The notes under the pieces are model-generated. The model saw only the letters and a list, made by a program, of their open reading frames with translations. It did not search any database and had not been told where the DNA came from. Position numbers and translations under genes: made by a program. Below, one piece after another: positions 48,926-58,960 of a stretch of DNA of 64,000 nucleotides. The stretch is from assembly GCA_023666965.1 (NCBI GenBank), contig JAMPAZ010000001.1:882376-946375 (forward strand). The letters run 5' to 3'. Numbering within the stretch: position 1 is the first letter of the stretch; each line of letters opens with the position of its first letter. This stretch comes from Muribaculum sp. Lineage in GTDB: Bacteria > Bacteroidota > Bacteroidia > Bacteroidales > Muribaculaceae.

Positions 48926-51280
48926 TCAGGGAATGAAGCGTGGTGCCAGCAGGAACAGTCCGAAAGAGATGCCTACATTCCAACGGTGGGATGAGGTGTT
49001 GGCATAGTTTACAAATGCCGATATTTGGGCAAACGGCAGGGTATAGGTAGCGTCTATTTCAGTGAAAAATTTCCGGGATGAGAACCAATCGCCGTATCGG
49101 GCTTTGATGTCGGTCCCGGGAATATCGGCTTTTGCCTGAATGTCGGGGAGCACTTGACGAAAAGGCATGAAGCAGTGAAATTGCCCACGTAGTTGCAACA
49201 TCCGTGTGATACTCCAGACCGGCTCGATGCCGATAGTGGCAAATTGTGGCGCACGTAATTCGGGGTAGAAACGGTCGTATGAAGACGGGGTGGGATGAAA
49301 TGCCGGAAGCATGACCATAGTGGCTCCATACGTGTCGAGCAGTTTCTGTGAAGAAGCCGCTATGCGGGCATTGAGTCCGAACGAAAATGTCGGATTTATG
49401 CGCCAAAACTTACGGTAGTTAAGGTTGAACTGCACCCATGCGGGATGAGATCTGGAATCTCCGTCGGAATCATGCCCGAGCGGCAGGTAGGTGGCATTTC
49501 CGGCCACACCGGATAACGTTGAAGTGAACTGATGACCGCTTAGAGGGGCCGTGCGGTTGTCAAGAGTGTTATCGTCGAATGATGCCTGCAATATTCCCAG
49601 ATGGTGCACAAGTCGCGACTTACCGTATTCTTCTGCTTCGATTTGAGTCAGGCCGTTGTAGAATCGGTTAGCCAACCGTCCGCCACCGAGTGTCAAATCC
49701 AACTTTCCGGTGCGTCCTGCCTCCATGCCGTATGTAAACTTAGCGAAAGCCTGACTTGACGTGACTACGGCCTCGGCATCGTAGTTGAAAAGTCGGCTGT
49801 TTTCGGGGAGGTTTTGACGAGAAATCACTCCGCGCATAAGAATGTAAGATGGGCGGTTAGTGCGCAGATTCATCCTTCCGCTGACCATTCCGGCGAGATA
49901 GCTTTGGCCAATCCATCCGTCGATGCTGACATTTAGAGCGTTGTAGCCCGTGCGGTGATATGAGGTCGAGAGAAAAAGCATTGAGTTTGACGATGTGGTT
50001 ATATAGCCTCCAAGTCCTAATGAGAAGTCTTTTTTCGGATCGACGAATAGGTTAAGGTCAAACATTCCCGAGGCGGTGTCGAGCACGGCCTTCGGAACAA
50101 GGTCGCGATAATGACCCGGAGTTACGAGTTCATAGTAGACCTGTCGGGCGTGTTCGATGCCGAAGGTATCTGTATGTTTAGGTATGAACATTTCGCGAAC
50201 GAAGTCGTTTTCGGCCTTTGAGGCTCCAGTTGCGCTGACGGAACGGAAAACTACTTTCGGCGTGGAGTCTTTGAAACTTTGTCTGCGAGACAGGACTTCG
50301 GCTTTTGGCGATCGGGCGGAAATACGCGACTTTATGGAGTCCATCATGCTCATGGCATAGTCGTAGCCGATTTGATAAATCTCCATGCATTTACTGAAGT
50401 CGAGCAGCCCAAACTGCTGGACTTTTACCCTTAGCTTGATGCCTTCGTCTTCGGGAAGTGAATAGTCGTTGTTCTGGATTATCATGTCCTCGACCTGCTG
50501 CATGATGTTGTTGCGTTCGGGCTTTTTGTCCGGCGAGCTGACATCTATGCCAATCATAATGTCGGGCGCAAATTCGTCGCGCATAACGTCTACCGGAAAG
50601 TTGTCGTAGATACCTCCGTCGTAGACGAGCACACCGTCCATCTCTATCGGTGAAAAAACTATCGGAAACGACATTGAGGCGCGTATTGCATCGCCGAGCG
50701 AGCCGGAGGAACAGACTATCTTGTGTTTATGGTATACGTCAGACGTGACTGTCCGCAGCGGGACGAACAGCCTGTTGAAGTCGCCACGGCACTGTGCGGT
50801 ATACTTGGCGAAAAGTTCTACGAAAGCAATGTTCATCGGCAACGGACTAATCAGGCTCGACGGGAGAATACCGTAGGCCGAGGTGCTGTCGCGTAGGCTG
50901 AGGTTGATCGAAGCCCACCGCGGCATCGGCTCGGCTTGACCGAAATAGTAGACATCGGCCGGGTCGATGGTTCCGGTTGACCAATATTTGAATCCTTTAG
51001 ACTGAATCAAATCAAGCATTTCATCGGGAGAATAGCCCGAAGCGTACAGACCTCCGACTATTGCTCCCATCGATGTTCCGGTCACATAGTCGATGGGTAT
51101 GTCGTTGTCTTCGAGAGCTTTTATAACGCCGATATGAGCAATGCCCTTTGCTCCGCCGCCACTAAGTACGAGTCCCACCGACTGGCGTGCAGCAGTTAAG
51201 CAGGGCGTGCAGAGCGTTGCGACGGCTACGATTAAGGATGTAAGATATCCCGATAAATGAGTTGAAACGTTTTTAGTCAT
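48926..51280 (-). CDS. Patatin-like phospholipase with C-terminal beta-barrel (PlpD-like)
   Basis: Signal peptide; SGGGAKG, GTSMG and DGG motifs; C-terminal amphipathic strands. Confidence 0.88.
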   Translation of the reverse strand: MTKNVSTHLSGYLTSLIVAVATLCTPCLTAARQSVGLVLSGGGAKGIAHIGVIKALEDNDIPIDYVTGTSMGAIVGGLYASGYSPDEMLDLIQSKGFKYWSTGTIDPADVYYFGQAEPMPRWASINLSLRDSTSAYGILPSSLISPLPMNIAFVELFAKYTAQCRGDFNRLFVPLRTVTSDVYHKHKIVCSSGSLGDAIRASMSFPIVFSPIEMDGVLVYDGGIYDNFPVDVMRDEFAPDIMIGIDVSSPDKKPERNNIMQQVEDMIIQNNDYSLPEDEGIKLRVKVQQFGLLDFSKCMEIYQIGYDYAMSMMDSIKSRISARSPKAEVLSRRQSFKDSTPKVVFRSVSATGASKAENDFVREMFIPKHTDTFGIEHARQVYYELVTPGHYRDLVPKAVLDTASGMFDLNLFVDPKKDFSLGLGGYITTSSNSMLFLSTSYHRTGYNALNVSIDGWIGQSYLAGMVSGRMNLRTNRPSYILMRGVISRQNLPENSRLFNYDAEAVVTSSQAFAKFTYGMEAGRTGKLDLTLGGGRLANRFYNGLTQIEAEEYGKSRLVHHLGILQASFDDNTLDNRTAPLSGHQFTSTLSGVAGNATYLPLGHDSDGDSRSHPAWVQFNLNYRKFWRINPTFSFGLNARIAASSQKLLDTYGATMVMLPAFHPTPSSYDRFYPELRAPQFATIGIEPVWSITRMLQLRGQFHCFMPFRQVLPDIQAKADIPGTDIKARYGDWFSSRKFFTEIDATYTLPFAQISAFVNYANTSSHRWNVGISFGLFLLAPRFIP

Positions 51281-51372
51281 AGTGCGTGAATCTTTAAAAT
51301 AGATAACACGCGTGACTTTCAAATTGTTGCTTGCCGGGAAACAATGAATGGGTTAATCGTCCATTGACGGAT

Positions 51373-52221
51373 TTAGTAGGCGGAGTGGTAGCTGATTAGG
51401 CCTTCGATGGGGGTTTTGAGGACGGTGGTTATTGTCGCGTCGAGCGCGGCAGCGGCTTCTTCAAGAACCGGTCGGTAGTGGAAGGCTATTGATCCTACGA
51501 AGCATACGGGAAGTGTACGGTAGCGGTCGTATTGGGCCACGTTGCGGACGAAGAACGACTTGAACTCGTTGAGCACAAGACGGTGTATTGCCGGCTCTTC
51601 AATGTTTTTAAGCAGGAACGGGGTGACCGATGCCAAAAAGCGGTTGGGCATCGGCTCTTTATATACTCGATGGAGTATGGCACTGCTTTCGAGGTTGTAT
51701 TCGTCCATGAATTTGTCGCACAGTTCGGGCGGGAGTTGGTGCTTTAGCACATCTCCGATGAGATGCCGGCCTAAGACAGCGCCACTGCCTTCGTCGCCGA
51801 GTATATAGCCGAGCGGACTGACGTGGTCTTTGATCTCCTTTCCGTTGTAGTAGCATGAATTTGCACCTGTGCCAAGTATGCAGGCTATGCCTTCGTCGTG
51901 GCCCAGCAAAGCGCGAGCCGCTCCAAGCATGTCGGAGTGTGCTTCGATAAGTTCGGCGGACAAATTTTGTCTGATGGCCCGGCGGACTGAGCGACATACC
52001 TCTTCGTCGACGCATCCGGCTCCATAGAAGAATACTTCATCGATTTCGGAAGCGGCCTCGCCAAGCTGTGGCATAAGCTCGTCGTCGAGGTATTGTGAAA
52101 TCTCCTCTTCGGTAAGCATAAGCGCGTTGAATCCGGAGGTGAATATGTGCTTGACGACCGTGTCCCGGTCAAGAAGCACCCATTCCACTTTTGTGCTTCC
52201 GCTGTCGGCTATCAGTTTCAT
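51373..52221 (-). CDS. BadF/BadG/BcrA/BcrD-type ATPase, N-acetylglucosamine kinase-like
   Basis: IADSGSTK, ILGTGAN, LGYILGDEGSG and FVGSIA motifs. Confidence 0.88.
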   Translation of the reverse strand: MKLIADSGSTKVEWVLLDRDTVVKHIFTSGFNALMLTEEEISQYLDDELMPQLGEAASEIDEVFFYGAGCVDEEVCRSVRRAIRQNLSAELIEAHSDMLGAARALLGHDEGIACILGTGANSCYYNGKEIKDHVSPLGYILGDEGSGAVLGRHLIGDVLKHQLPPELCDKFMDEYNLESSAILHRVYKEPMPNRFLASVTPFLLKNIEEPAIHRLVLNEFKSFFVRNVAQYDRYRTLPVCFVGSIAFHYRPVLEEAAAALDATITTVLKTPIEGLISYHSAY

Positions 52222-52305
52222 TTCTTATCTACGTTATATTTGAGTCGCAAAGTTAATCATTAAAAATGAATATCCGGAGAATATTTATTCATTGACGGAT
52301 GGATT

Positions 52306-53763
52306 TTATGCCGTGACTTCAACCTGAGATCTTAGGCGTGTGCGGAATCCGATGGACGCAATAAAGATTGTGACCAACGGGCTGGCGATGTTAAATATGC
52401 AGCAAGGAAGGTAGGTCAATGTGGCGACCCCGAGTACGGCCGACTGCGTGAGTCCGCAACTGTTCCAGGGGATGAGTACGGATGTCACAGACGTTGAGTC
52501 TTCAATTGAGCGGCTTAGCAAGCGGGGCTCGAGTCCGCGGCGACGGTACAAGTTACGGTATAAGTTGCCGTTTAAGATAATCGAAAGATATTGGTCGCCG
52601 GTGCAACTGTTAAGCATCAGTCCGGTTAGGACAGTCGAAATAACTATATTTCGGGTTTTGCTCAGGCGCGACGTTATGGCGTGGGTGATTGTGAAGAGCA
52701 TTCCTGATCCCATCATTGCTCCGCCGAAACACATGGCGCACAAAATCAGGGCAATTGTCGGGAGCATTCCCTCCATGCCTCCTGTGGAGACGAGGGCGTC
52801 GAGTTGCTCGTTGCCGGTTGACAAAGTTGTCGACGTGACGAGCAGATGTGCAACGGCGTTGACGTGTGTTGGCAGTGAGGCCACCGCGCTATTTTCGAGC
52901 CGGGCAAGAATGTCGGGCTGAAAAATGAAGATGCCTGCAATTCCGAGCAATGTGCTTGCGGTCAGGGTAAGTTTGGTTCCGGCCCGCATTGCCAGAATGA
53001 TAATAGTGATCGCAGGGATGAGCAGACACCATGGATTTATTGCAAACGTGTTGTGAAGTGCGTCGATCATGTCGGACGACATTTCATTGGAATTTCCTGA
53101 ATGGAGAATACCCACTACGGCAAACACAACGAGAGCTATCGACAGGGCAGGGATGGTGGTAATCATCATGTAGCGGATGTGGGGAAATAGTTTCACTCCG
53201 CATGTCGACGATGCGAGTACAGTTGTGTCGGAAAGCGGCGAGACTTTGTCGCCGAAATACGCTCCTGATATTATTGCTCCGGCAATCCACCCCGGATGGT
53301 AGCCCCATAGAGTGCCTATGCCCATGAACGCGAGTCCGACCGTAGCGATTGTGGTCCAAGAGCTGCCGCTAAGAACTGAGATTAGGGCGCAGATGGTACA
53401 CGCCGTGAACAGGAACAATGTGGGGTTGAGCAATTCAAGGCCATAGCAGATAAGTGTTGGCACGACACCGCTCAGCATCCAGGTAGCGGCCACTGTGGAG
53501 ATCAGCAGCAGGATGGGAACTGTGGGAAGTACTTGGACAGCAGCTTTGTATATGCCTATCTTGAACGCTTTGGCCGTACGACGATATAAAGTGACGGAAA
53601 TCAAGACGGATACAACGGCGGCCAACAGCAAAAGCGGTTGGCCGAGACGCTGGATGTCTTCTGCTCCAAAGATGAGAATCAAAGTCACCAGACCGAAAAT
53701 GAGGGTGGCTATCGGGATTAAGGATGCCGCGAGGGATGGTGACGAAGAGCGTATATGATTCAT
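52306..53763 (-). CDS. NhaC family Na+/H+ antiporter
   Basis: GSSWTT, SGAYFGDKVSPLSDTT, DQYLSI and LIPWNSCG motifs. Confidence 0.92.
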   Translation of the reverse strand: MNHIRSSSPSLAASLIPIATLIFGLVTLILIFGAEDIQRLGQPLLLLAAVVSVLISVTLYRRTAKAFKIGIYKAAVQVLPTVPILLLISTVAATWMLSGVVPTLICYGLELLNPTLFLFTACTICALISVLSGSSWTTIATVGLAFMGIGTLWGYHPGWIAGAIISGAYFGDKVSPLSDTTVLASSTCGVKLFPHIRYMMITTIPALSIALVVFAVVGILHSGNSNEMSSDMIDALHNTFAINPWCLLIPAITIIILAMRAGTKLTLTASTLLGIAGIFIFQPDILARLENSAVASLPTHVNAVAHLLVTSTTLSTGNEQLDALVSTGGMEGMLPTIALILCAMCFGGAMMGSGMLFTITHAITSRLSKTRNIVISTVLTGLMLNSCTGDQYLSIILNGNLYRNLYRRRGLEPRLLSRSIEDSTSVTSVLIPWNSCGLTQSAVLGVATLTYLPCCIFNIASPLVTIFIASIGFRTRLRSQVEVTA

Positions 53764-53906
53764 AGACTGTTGTTTGCGGTTGTGGGTAAACTATATTTGC
53801 TTATAATCCAAACGACTGTTTGCGACCGCAAAGTTAATAATTGCTGAATAAATATTCAGCATAATGAATCATATATTTTCTTAAAGTGAAGTTAATGTGA
53901 CAGGCT

Positions 53907-55091
53907 CTAACGAGATTTCATTCCTTTGGAACCCTTGATGCCTCCGCCGAGATTGAATATGTTCTGGTCGTAGCTGACAGTCTTCAAGCTCTGTTGGCGT
54001 TTGCGCTTAAGAGCAAGCTTTACGAGAGTGTCCATGAGTTTGTCGAAAGGCAATCCGGTGGCTTCCCAAAGATAGAACGACAATGACCCGGGAATGGTGT
54101 TAATCTCATTAACATAGACTTGGCGCGTTTTGCGGTCGACAATCACGTCGACGCGGCTGACACCGTGGCATGAAAGCACCCGGAACGTCTCTCCGGCTAA
54201 ATACTGTATGCGCTCGGTCTCCTCCTTGGGCAGTTCGGCCGGGATGCGCTTTTGAGCAGACTGCATACCCTTGGAGCCTTTGCCTCCGCCAAGATATTTC
54301 TGGTCGTAAGTGAGAAAGTCGCCGCTTTTGATGGGTTCTTCCAGTACTGACATGCGGTAGTCGTCGCAGTCGCCGAGCACCGAGCAGTTGATCTCCTGAA
54401 GGTCTTCTACAAGATGCTCCACAATCATTCTCATTGAATATCGTTCGGCCTCGTTGATTTTCTCGATAAGCTGTTCTCGGTTGTGTGCCGACCCGATTCC
54501 GACGCTTGAGCCTAAGTTGGCCGGCTTTACGATTACCGGATAGCCAAGTTTCGTCTCGATGCGGTCGATCACTTCGTCGCGTTTGTTGCCCCATTCGTTA
54601 TCGGTGAACCAAACGTAGTCGACGACAGGCACGTCGTTGGCTTGCAGAATCATCTTCATTGTGATTTTGTCCATGCCGTTGGCCGACGAAAGCACGTCGC
54701 ATCCTGCGTAAGGAATGCCGATGGTCTGGAGTACTCCCTCGAATATGCCGTCTTCGACATTGCTTCCGTGAAGCACCGGAATCACTACGTCGAGCTTGGT
54801 CAGAATGTCGGTTCCGAACATCTTTTTATCTGAGCGATATAGATTGTAGTCGTCATATACCGGTCTCATGTAGACTTCCCGGCATTGCTTTAGGAGCTCG
54901 GGTATGTTGCGGTAGTTTTTAACGTCGAGGAGTGCGTCGCCGGTGTACCAACGTCCCTGTTTTGTGATGTATATAGGTGTTACGTCATATTTGTCGCGGT
55001 CGATGGCGTGCATGGCCTGCGAGGCGGAGATGACCGATATTTCATGTTCGGTGGAGCGTCCGCCGAAGAATACTCCGATGTTGGTTTTCAT
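53907..55091 (-). CDS. ddl: D-alanine--D-alanine ligase family protein (long, atypical type)
   Basis: GGRSTEHEIS, LHG..EDG, KPANLGSSVGI, RVD and NEINTIPGSL motifs. Confidence 0.88.
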   Translation of the reverse strand: MKTNIGVFFGGRSTEHEISVISASQAMHAIDRDKYDVTPIYITKQGRWYTGDALLDVKNYRNIPELLKQCREVYMRPVYDDYNLYRSDKKMFGTDILTKLDVVIPVLHGSNVEDGIFEGVLQTIGIPYAGCDVLSSANGMDKITMKMILQANDVPVVDYVWFTDNEWGNKRDEVIDRIETKLGYPVIVKPANLGSSVGIGSAHNREQLIEKINEAERYSMRMIVEHLVEDLQEINCSVLGDCDDYRMSVLEEPIKSGDFLTYDQKYLGGGKGSKGMQSAQKRIPAELPKEETERIQYLAGETFRVLSCHGVSRVDVIVDRKTRQVYVNEINTIPGSLSFYLWEATGLPFDKLMDTLVKLALKRKRQQSLKTVSYDQNIFNLGGGIKGSKGMKSR

Positions 55092-55128
55092 ATCTGATTT
55101 GCGTTTTATATTCAAAAGTTAGTGAAGA

Positions 55129-56712
55129 TTACTTGAATGTGTCGGGTAGGTCGTTTTCGTAGAGTACGGTGTCGCCCTGACGCATGATTGTCGACAGCAC
55201 TGCCTGGGCTTCCTTGAAGGTCTCTACGGCTCGAACATTCTCTTCGGGCATTCCCGCTTCTTTAAGTCCCGAGAGTATAGCATCGCGGTTGTACGCTCCG
55301 ACGATGATGGCCACGTCGGCCGACGACGCGATTTTGCGTCCGAGCCGGTTGTTGTAGTCATATTGTTTTTCGCCGAGTTCGATCATGCCCGGAGTCACGA
55401 TAATCCTCTTGCCTTTGGTCATGGATGCAAGTACGTCGAGAGCCATTCGCGAGCCGTCGGGGTTGGAATTGAATGCGTCGTCGATGATTGTGATTCCGCC
55501 GGGAGTGCGTTTCATGCTCAGGCGGTGTTCGACCTGTTCGATTCTCGACACGGCATGGCTGATTTTGTCGAGAGGCATCCCTAACTGCATGGCTACGGCG
55601 ATGGCCGGAATGAGGTTTGATATGTTAAACTCGCCGATTAGCCGTGTGGTGAACTGTGCTTCGCCTTTAGGAGTGTGCAGGGTGAAGTCGGTGCCGTTTT
55701 CATGAAATTTCATTTCTGTGACCCAAAAGTCGGTGACTTCGGTGCCGTTGATGGCGTAGCGTACGCATTCTGCGTTGTCTACGCGTCGCGATGCCGCGTA
55801 GGGGAAATCGTTGTTGACATAGATGGTTCCGTCGGAGGGCAGAGCGTCGGCCAGTTCAAATTTGGTCCGTTGGACATTTTCAATGGTCTTGAACGACTCG
55901 AGATGCTGTTCGCCCACGGCTGTAATGATGCCGATTTTTGGATGGACGAGGTCGCAGATTTCCTTAATGTCGCCAATGTTTTTGGCTCCCATTTCGCAGA
56001 TGAATATTTCGGTATAAGGCTGCATCATCTCGCGTACGGTTCGGATGACGCCCATGAGCGTGTTGTAGCTGCCGGGAGTCATAAGCACGTTGAATTGTTC
56101 GGAGAGTATGCGGTTGAGGTAGTGCTTGGTGCTGGTCTTGCCGTAGCTTCCGGTGATGCCTATGACTGTCATGTCGGGCATTGTGCGGAGTATTCGTGCC
56201 GCGTCGTCGTAGTAGCCCTTGTTGATTTTAGCTTCGACCGGCTTCAAGAGCCAGTTGGCGGTCATCAAGATTATGTGCGAAGCGGCGTATGCGAGCATAA
56301 GCATGGTGCCGGTCCACATCAGACTCCGGGTGCATAGCCATACGGCCATGACCAATCCGATGGTCAGCACTGCGGCTGTAGTGTATATGCGCTTTGCCCT
56401 TGGAGTCCAAACAAGGGGTTTCTTGTAGGTGGCCGTGCAAAGATTGAAAATGTTGATGAGGAGCACCACGAGAGCCACGGCGCATCTGAACCGCTCAGAC
56501 AGTTGTGGAGCCATCATCACCAACAGGGCTATGTAGGAGCAGAGCCGTATATAGCTTGTGGTATCGGCCGAGGTGCGGAGCCAGCGCATGTAGCGTTCGT
56601 TGCGGTAGCTGTTTTGTTGCAGCATCATAAGATCGCGGCGCAGTTCAAGGCCGATGTTGGCCGATCCGACAGCAAGCAGGGCGATGAGTAGCGAGTATGT
56701 CAGTATTCCCAT
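55129..56712 (-). CDS. murF: MurF-type ligase with N-terminal transmembrane domain
   Basis: About five N-terminal TM helices, then GITGSYGKTSTK, SYNT.MG, EMGA, DDAFNSNP and PGMIELG. Confidence 0.85.
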   Translation of the reverse strand: MGILTYSLLIALLAVGSANIGLELRRDLMMLQQNSYRNERYMRWLRTSADTTSYIRLCSYIALLVMMAPQLSERFRCAVALVVLLINIFNLCTATYKKPLVWTPRAKRIYTTAAVLTIGLVMAVWLCTRSLMWTGTMLMLAYAASHIILMTANWLLKPVEAKINKGYYDDAARILRTMPDMTVIGITGSYGKTSTKHYLNRILSEQFNVLMTPGSYNTLMGVIRTVREMMQPYTEIFICEMGAKNIGDIKEICDLVHPKIGIITAVGEQHLESFKTIENVQRTKFELADALPSDGTIYVNNDFPYAASRRVDNAECVRYAINGTEVTDFWVTEMKFHENGTDFTLHTPKGEAQFTTRLIGEFNISNLIPAIAVAMQLGMPLDKISHAVSRIEQVEHRLSMKRTPGGITIIDDAFNSNPDGSRMALDVLASMTKGKRIIVTPGMIELGEKQYDYNNRLGRKIASSADVAIIVGAYNRDAILSGLKEAGMPEENVRAVETFKEAQAVLSTIMRQGDTVLYENDLPDTFK

Positions 56713-56746
56713 AATTATCTATGTGTCCGTTATGTTGACGTTCGAG

Positions 56747-57511
56747 TTATGAATTAAGAAAGCTTCGCAGGACGGCGGCGAATTGGAACGGATTGTCGAG
56801 GAAGCTGTAGTGCCCGCACCCGGGGAACGAGACGAGTCCGGCTCCTGGAATGTGGCTTTCCATATATTTTGCGTCCGAAAGGGGTGTGGCAGTGTCGTTT
56901 TCGCCCCAAATCAACAAAGTCGATGCTTTAATGTCGGGCATGGCATATTTCAGGTCTTCGTTGACCACTTTACTGAGTATTGCCCTCATGCGCGGCGATG
57001 CACCGGCATAGTCCGACGAGCCGGCTTTGGCACGGCGTTTGTCGAGCTTGCGTTCGGCCTTCTCCTTGCCGAACAGCAGATAGTAGAGTCGTTTGACGGC
57101 CTTAAATGTATATACTTTGAAATAGTATTTCAGTGAACGGCGCGGTTTGATTCCGGCCGCGTCGACGAGAATGAGCTTGTCGACATCGGCATTGCGTGAA
57201 GCATACAGGATGCCGACTCGGCCTCCGAACGAGTGGCCTAACAACGAAGGGCGTTGTAGCCGCTCGGCTTCGACGATTGCCTCAAGCACTTGGGTGTATT
57301 CCTCGATGCCCCACACCTTTGGTGGTTCGGGCGAACCGCCGTGTCCGGGGAAATCGATGTTGACCACTTGGCAACTTTCGAGAGCCACGCGTTCGACAGA
57401 TGCGAGGGTAGTGGTGTTGCAACCCCATCCGTGCATCAGCACCAATGGCTTGCCTTGCCCCTCGACAGTGTATCTGACATCGGCTCCGTTGACTTTGATA
57501 TGCTTTTCCAT
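56747..57511 (-). CDS. Alpha/beta hydrolase
   Basis: HGWG, DFPGHG.S, nucleophile elbow GHSFGG, WGEND and GHYSF; start set to MEKHIKV just after a TATCTTTG promoter. Confidence 0.9.
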   Translation of the reverse strand: MEKHIKVNGADVRYTVEGQGKPLVLMHGWGCNTTTLASVERVALESCQVVNIDFPGHGGSPEPPKVWGIEEYTQVLEAIVEAERLQRPSLLGHSFGGRVGILYASRNADVDKLILVDAAGIKPRRSLKYYFKVYTFKAVKRLYYLLFGKEKAERKLDKRRAKAGSSDYAGASPRMRAILSKVVNEDLKYAMPDIKASTLLIWGENDTATPLSDAKYMESHIPGAGLVSFPGCGHYSFLDNPFQFAAVLRSFLNS

Positions 57512-57612
57512 AATCGACCACAAAGATAACACTTTTGCCCATAACAACGGCAAATAAGTTTTGGCATAATTCCGTTTTAATGACCCCGAAACGCTTGTTG
57601 CACAAGTCAAAG

Positions 57613-58773
57613 TCAATTGGGGACTCCGAGGCGCTTCTCGCGGTGGAAGTAGAGGTAGTAGAGCATAGCCGAGCCGATGGCTGTCAGCGGGAGTCCGACA
57701 ATAGAGGCGGTGGCATATCCGTAGCCGGCGTGAATCACGGCTCCTCCGATCCATGCCGCAAAGGCGTTTCCGGCGTTGTATGCTATCTGGATTGAGGCGG
57801 CTCCGAGCATTTCTCCTCCTTTGGAATAGCCCACGATGGACGACTGAAGCGGACTACCCGACCCGAACAATATGGCTGTGCCAAGCATCATCAGCAGTAT
57901 GGCCAAAATTTTTATATCACCGAAAAAGTAAAACGCCACGAGTACCGGTATGCCGATAGCCTCAACGGTGGCTGAGAGTGCCGAGGGTTTGAACCGTGAG
58001 CCGAGACGGCCTATGACGTAGTTGCCAAGGAACATGCCCAGTCCGGCAAGAACCATGAGCCATGACAGTGAGTCGGTCGAGAAGCCTGCAACTTCCGTAA
58101 GCTGCGGGTCGATATAGCTGTACCAACAGTAGAATCCTATCTGCCCGAAAATCACCCCTCCAAATATCATCCACGGGGGCAACGTGCGCAGAAATCGGAA
58201 CTGACCGATAAATCCCATATCTTTCAGCCGGCCTACCGACGGAACCCAGCTACGGATGGCCAAAAATGTCGACAATCCTGAAATAGCCACTATGAGGAAG
58301 GCTATGCGCCAGGTGAAGTTGTTGGTGATGAACGTGCAGAGCGGCACCCCGGCCAATGTGGCCACGGTCATTCCGCCTATCATAAACGCCACTGCCGGAA
58401 CTTCTTCGCCCGGCTTGGCCAGCCGTCGTGCGACGATTGCACCCACTCCGAAGTAGGCTCCGTGGGGCAATCCGGATATGAAGCGGGCGGCAAACAAACA
58501 CCAATAGTTGGGCGACAGGCATGCCAATAGATTGCCGACGGCTATCATGGCGGCCAACACGAGCATGATACGTTTCAGAGCCACCTTCCTGACAAACAGC
58601 AGCGTGGGCGCTCCGACGCATACTCCGGTGGCGTAGGCCGAAATCAAATGTCCGGCCTCGCTAACCGACACTCCGAGATCTTCCGACAGTTTTACTAAAA
58701 TGCCCATCATAAGGAATTCCGAAATCCCGAGGGCGAATGTTCCGAGTGCAAGCGCAAACAGTCCTTTTTTCAT
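57613..58773 (-). CDS. MFS transporter, AraJ/DHA1 family
   Basis: LALGTFALGISEF, AGHLISAYA, ARFISGLPHGAYFG and YNAGNA motifs. Confidence 0.9.
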   Translation of the reverse strand: MKKGLFALALGTFALGISEFLMMGILVKLSEDLGVSVSEAGHLISAYATGVCVGAPTLLFVRKVALKRIMLVLAAMIAVGNLLACLSPNYWCLFAARFISGLPHGAYFGVGAIVARRLAKPGEEVPAVAFMIGGMTVATLAGVPLCTFITNNFTWRIAFLIVAISGLSTFLAIRSWVPSVGRLKDMGFIGQFRFLRTLPPWMIFGGVIFGQIGFYCWYSYIDPQLTEVAGFSTDSLSWLMVLAGLGMFLGNYVIGRLGSRFKPSALSATVEAIGIPVLVAFYFFGDIKILAILLMMLGTAILFGSGSPLQSSIVGYSKGGEMLGAASIQIAYNAGNAFAAWIGGAVIHAGYGYATASIVGLPLTAIGSAMLYYLYFHREKRLGVPN

Positions 58774-58900
58774 ACTTTTTGTGAATCAATTCTGACCGCA
58801 AATTTACTCAATAAGTCACTTTCGTGCAAAAATAACCGCACTTCAGGCAAGCGCTCTAAACGAGGTGGTTGCAAGATAAATAAAACGGACAGGCTCTAAG

Positions 58901-58937
58901 CAGAAGAGGCGCGGGCCTGAGCAGTCCGCGCCTCCTG
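58901..58937 (-). terminator. Probable terminator of the sus operon
   Basis: GC-rich hairpin gaggcgcgggc / gtccgcgcctc about 25 nt past the last sus stop; weak U-tract. Confidence 0.6.
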
Positions 58938-58960
58938 ATTGACTGAGATAATTATCAGTA

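Noticed and set aside
53819-53832. Palindrome TTTGCG-AC-CGCAAA overlapping the nhaC promoter
   Set aside because: Half of it is the promoter's own TTTGCG; a single 6-bp arm is too weak to call an operator.
57512-57754. Long N-terminal extensions in the ORF track (hydrolase; also prfA, tgt, uppS, prmC, recX)
   Set aside because: They cross promoter elements or neighbouring genes; downstream ATGs match the family N-termini.
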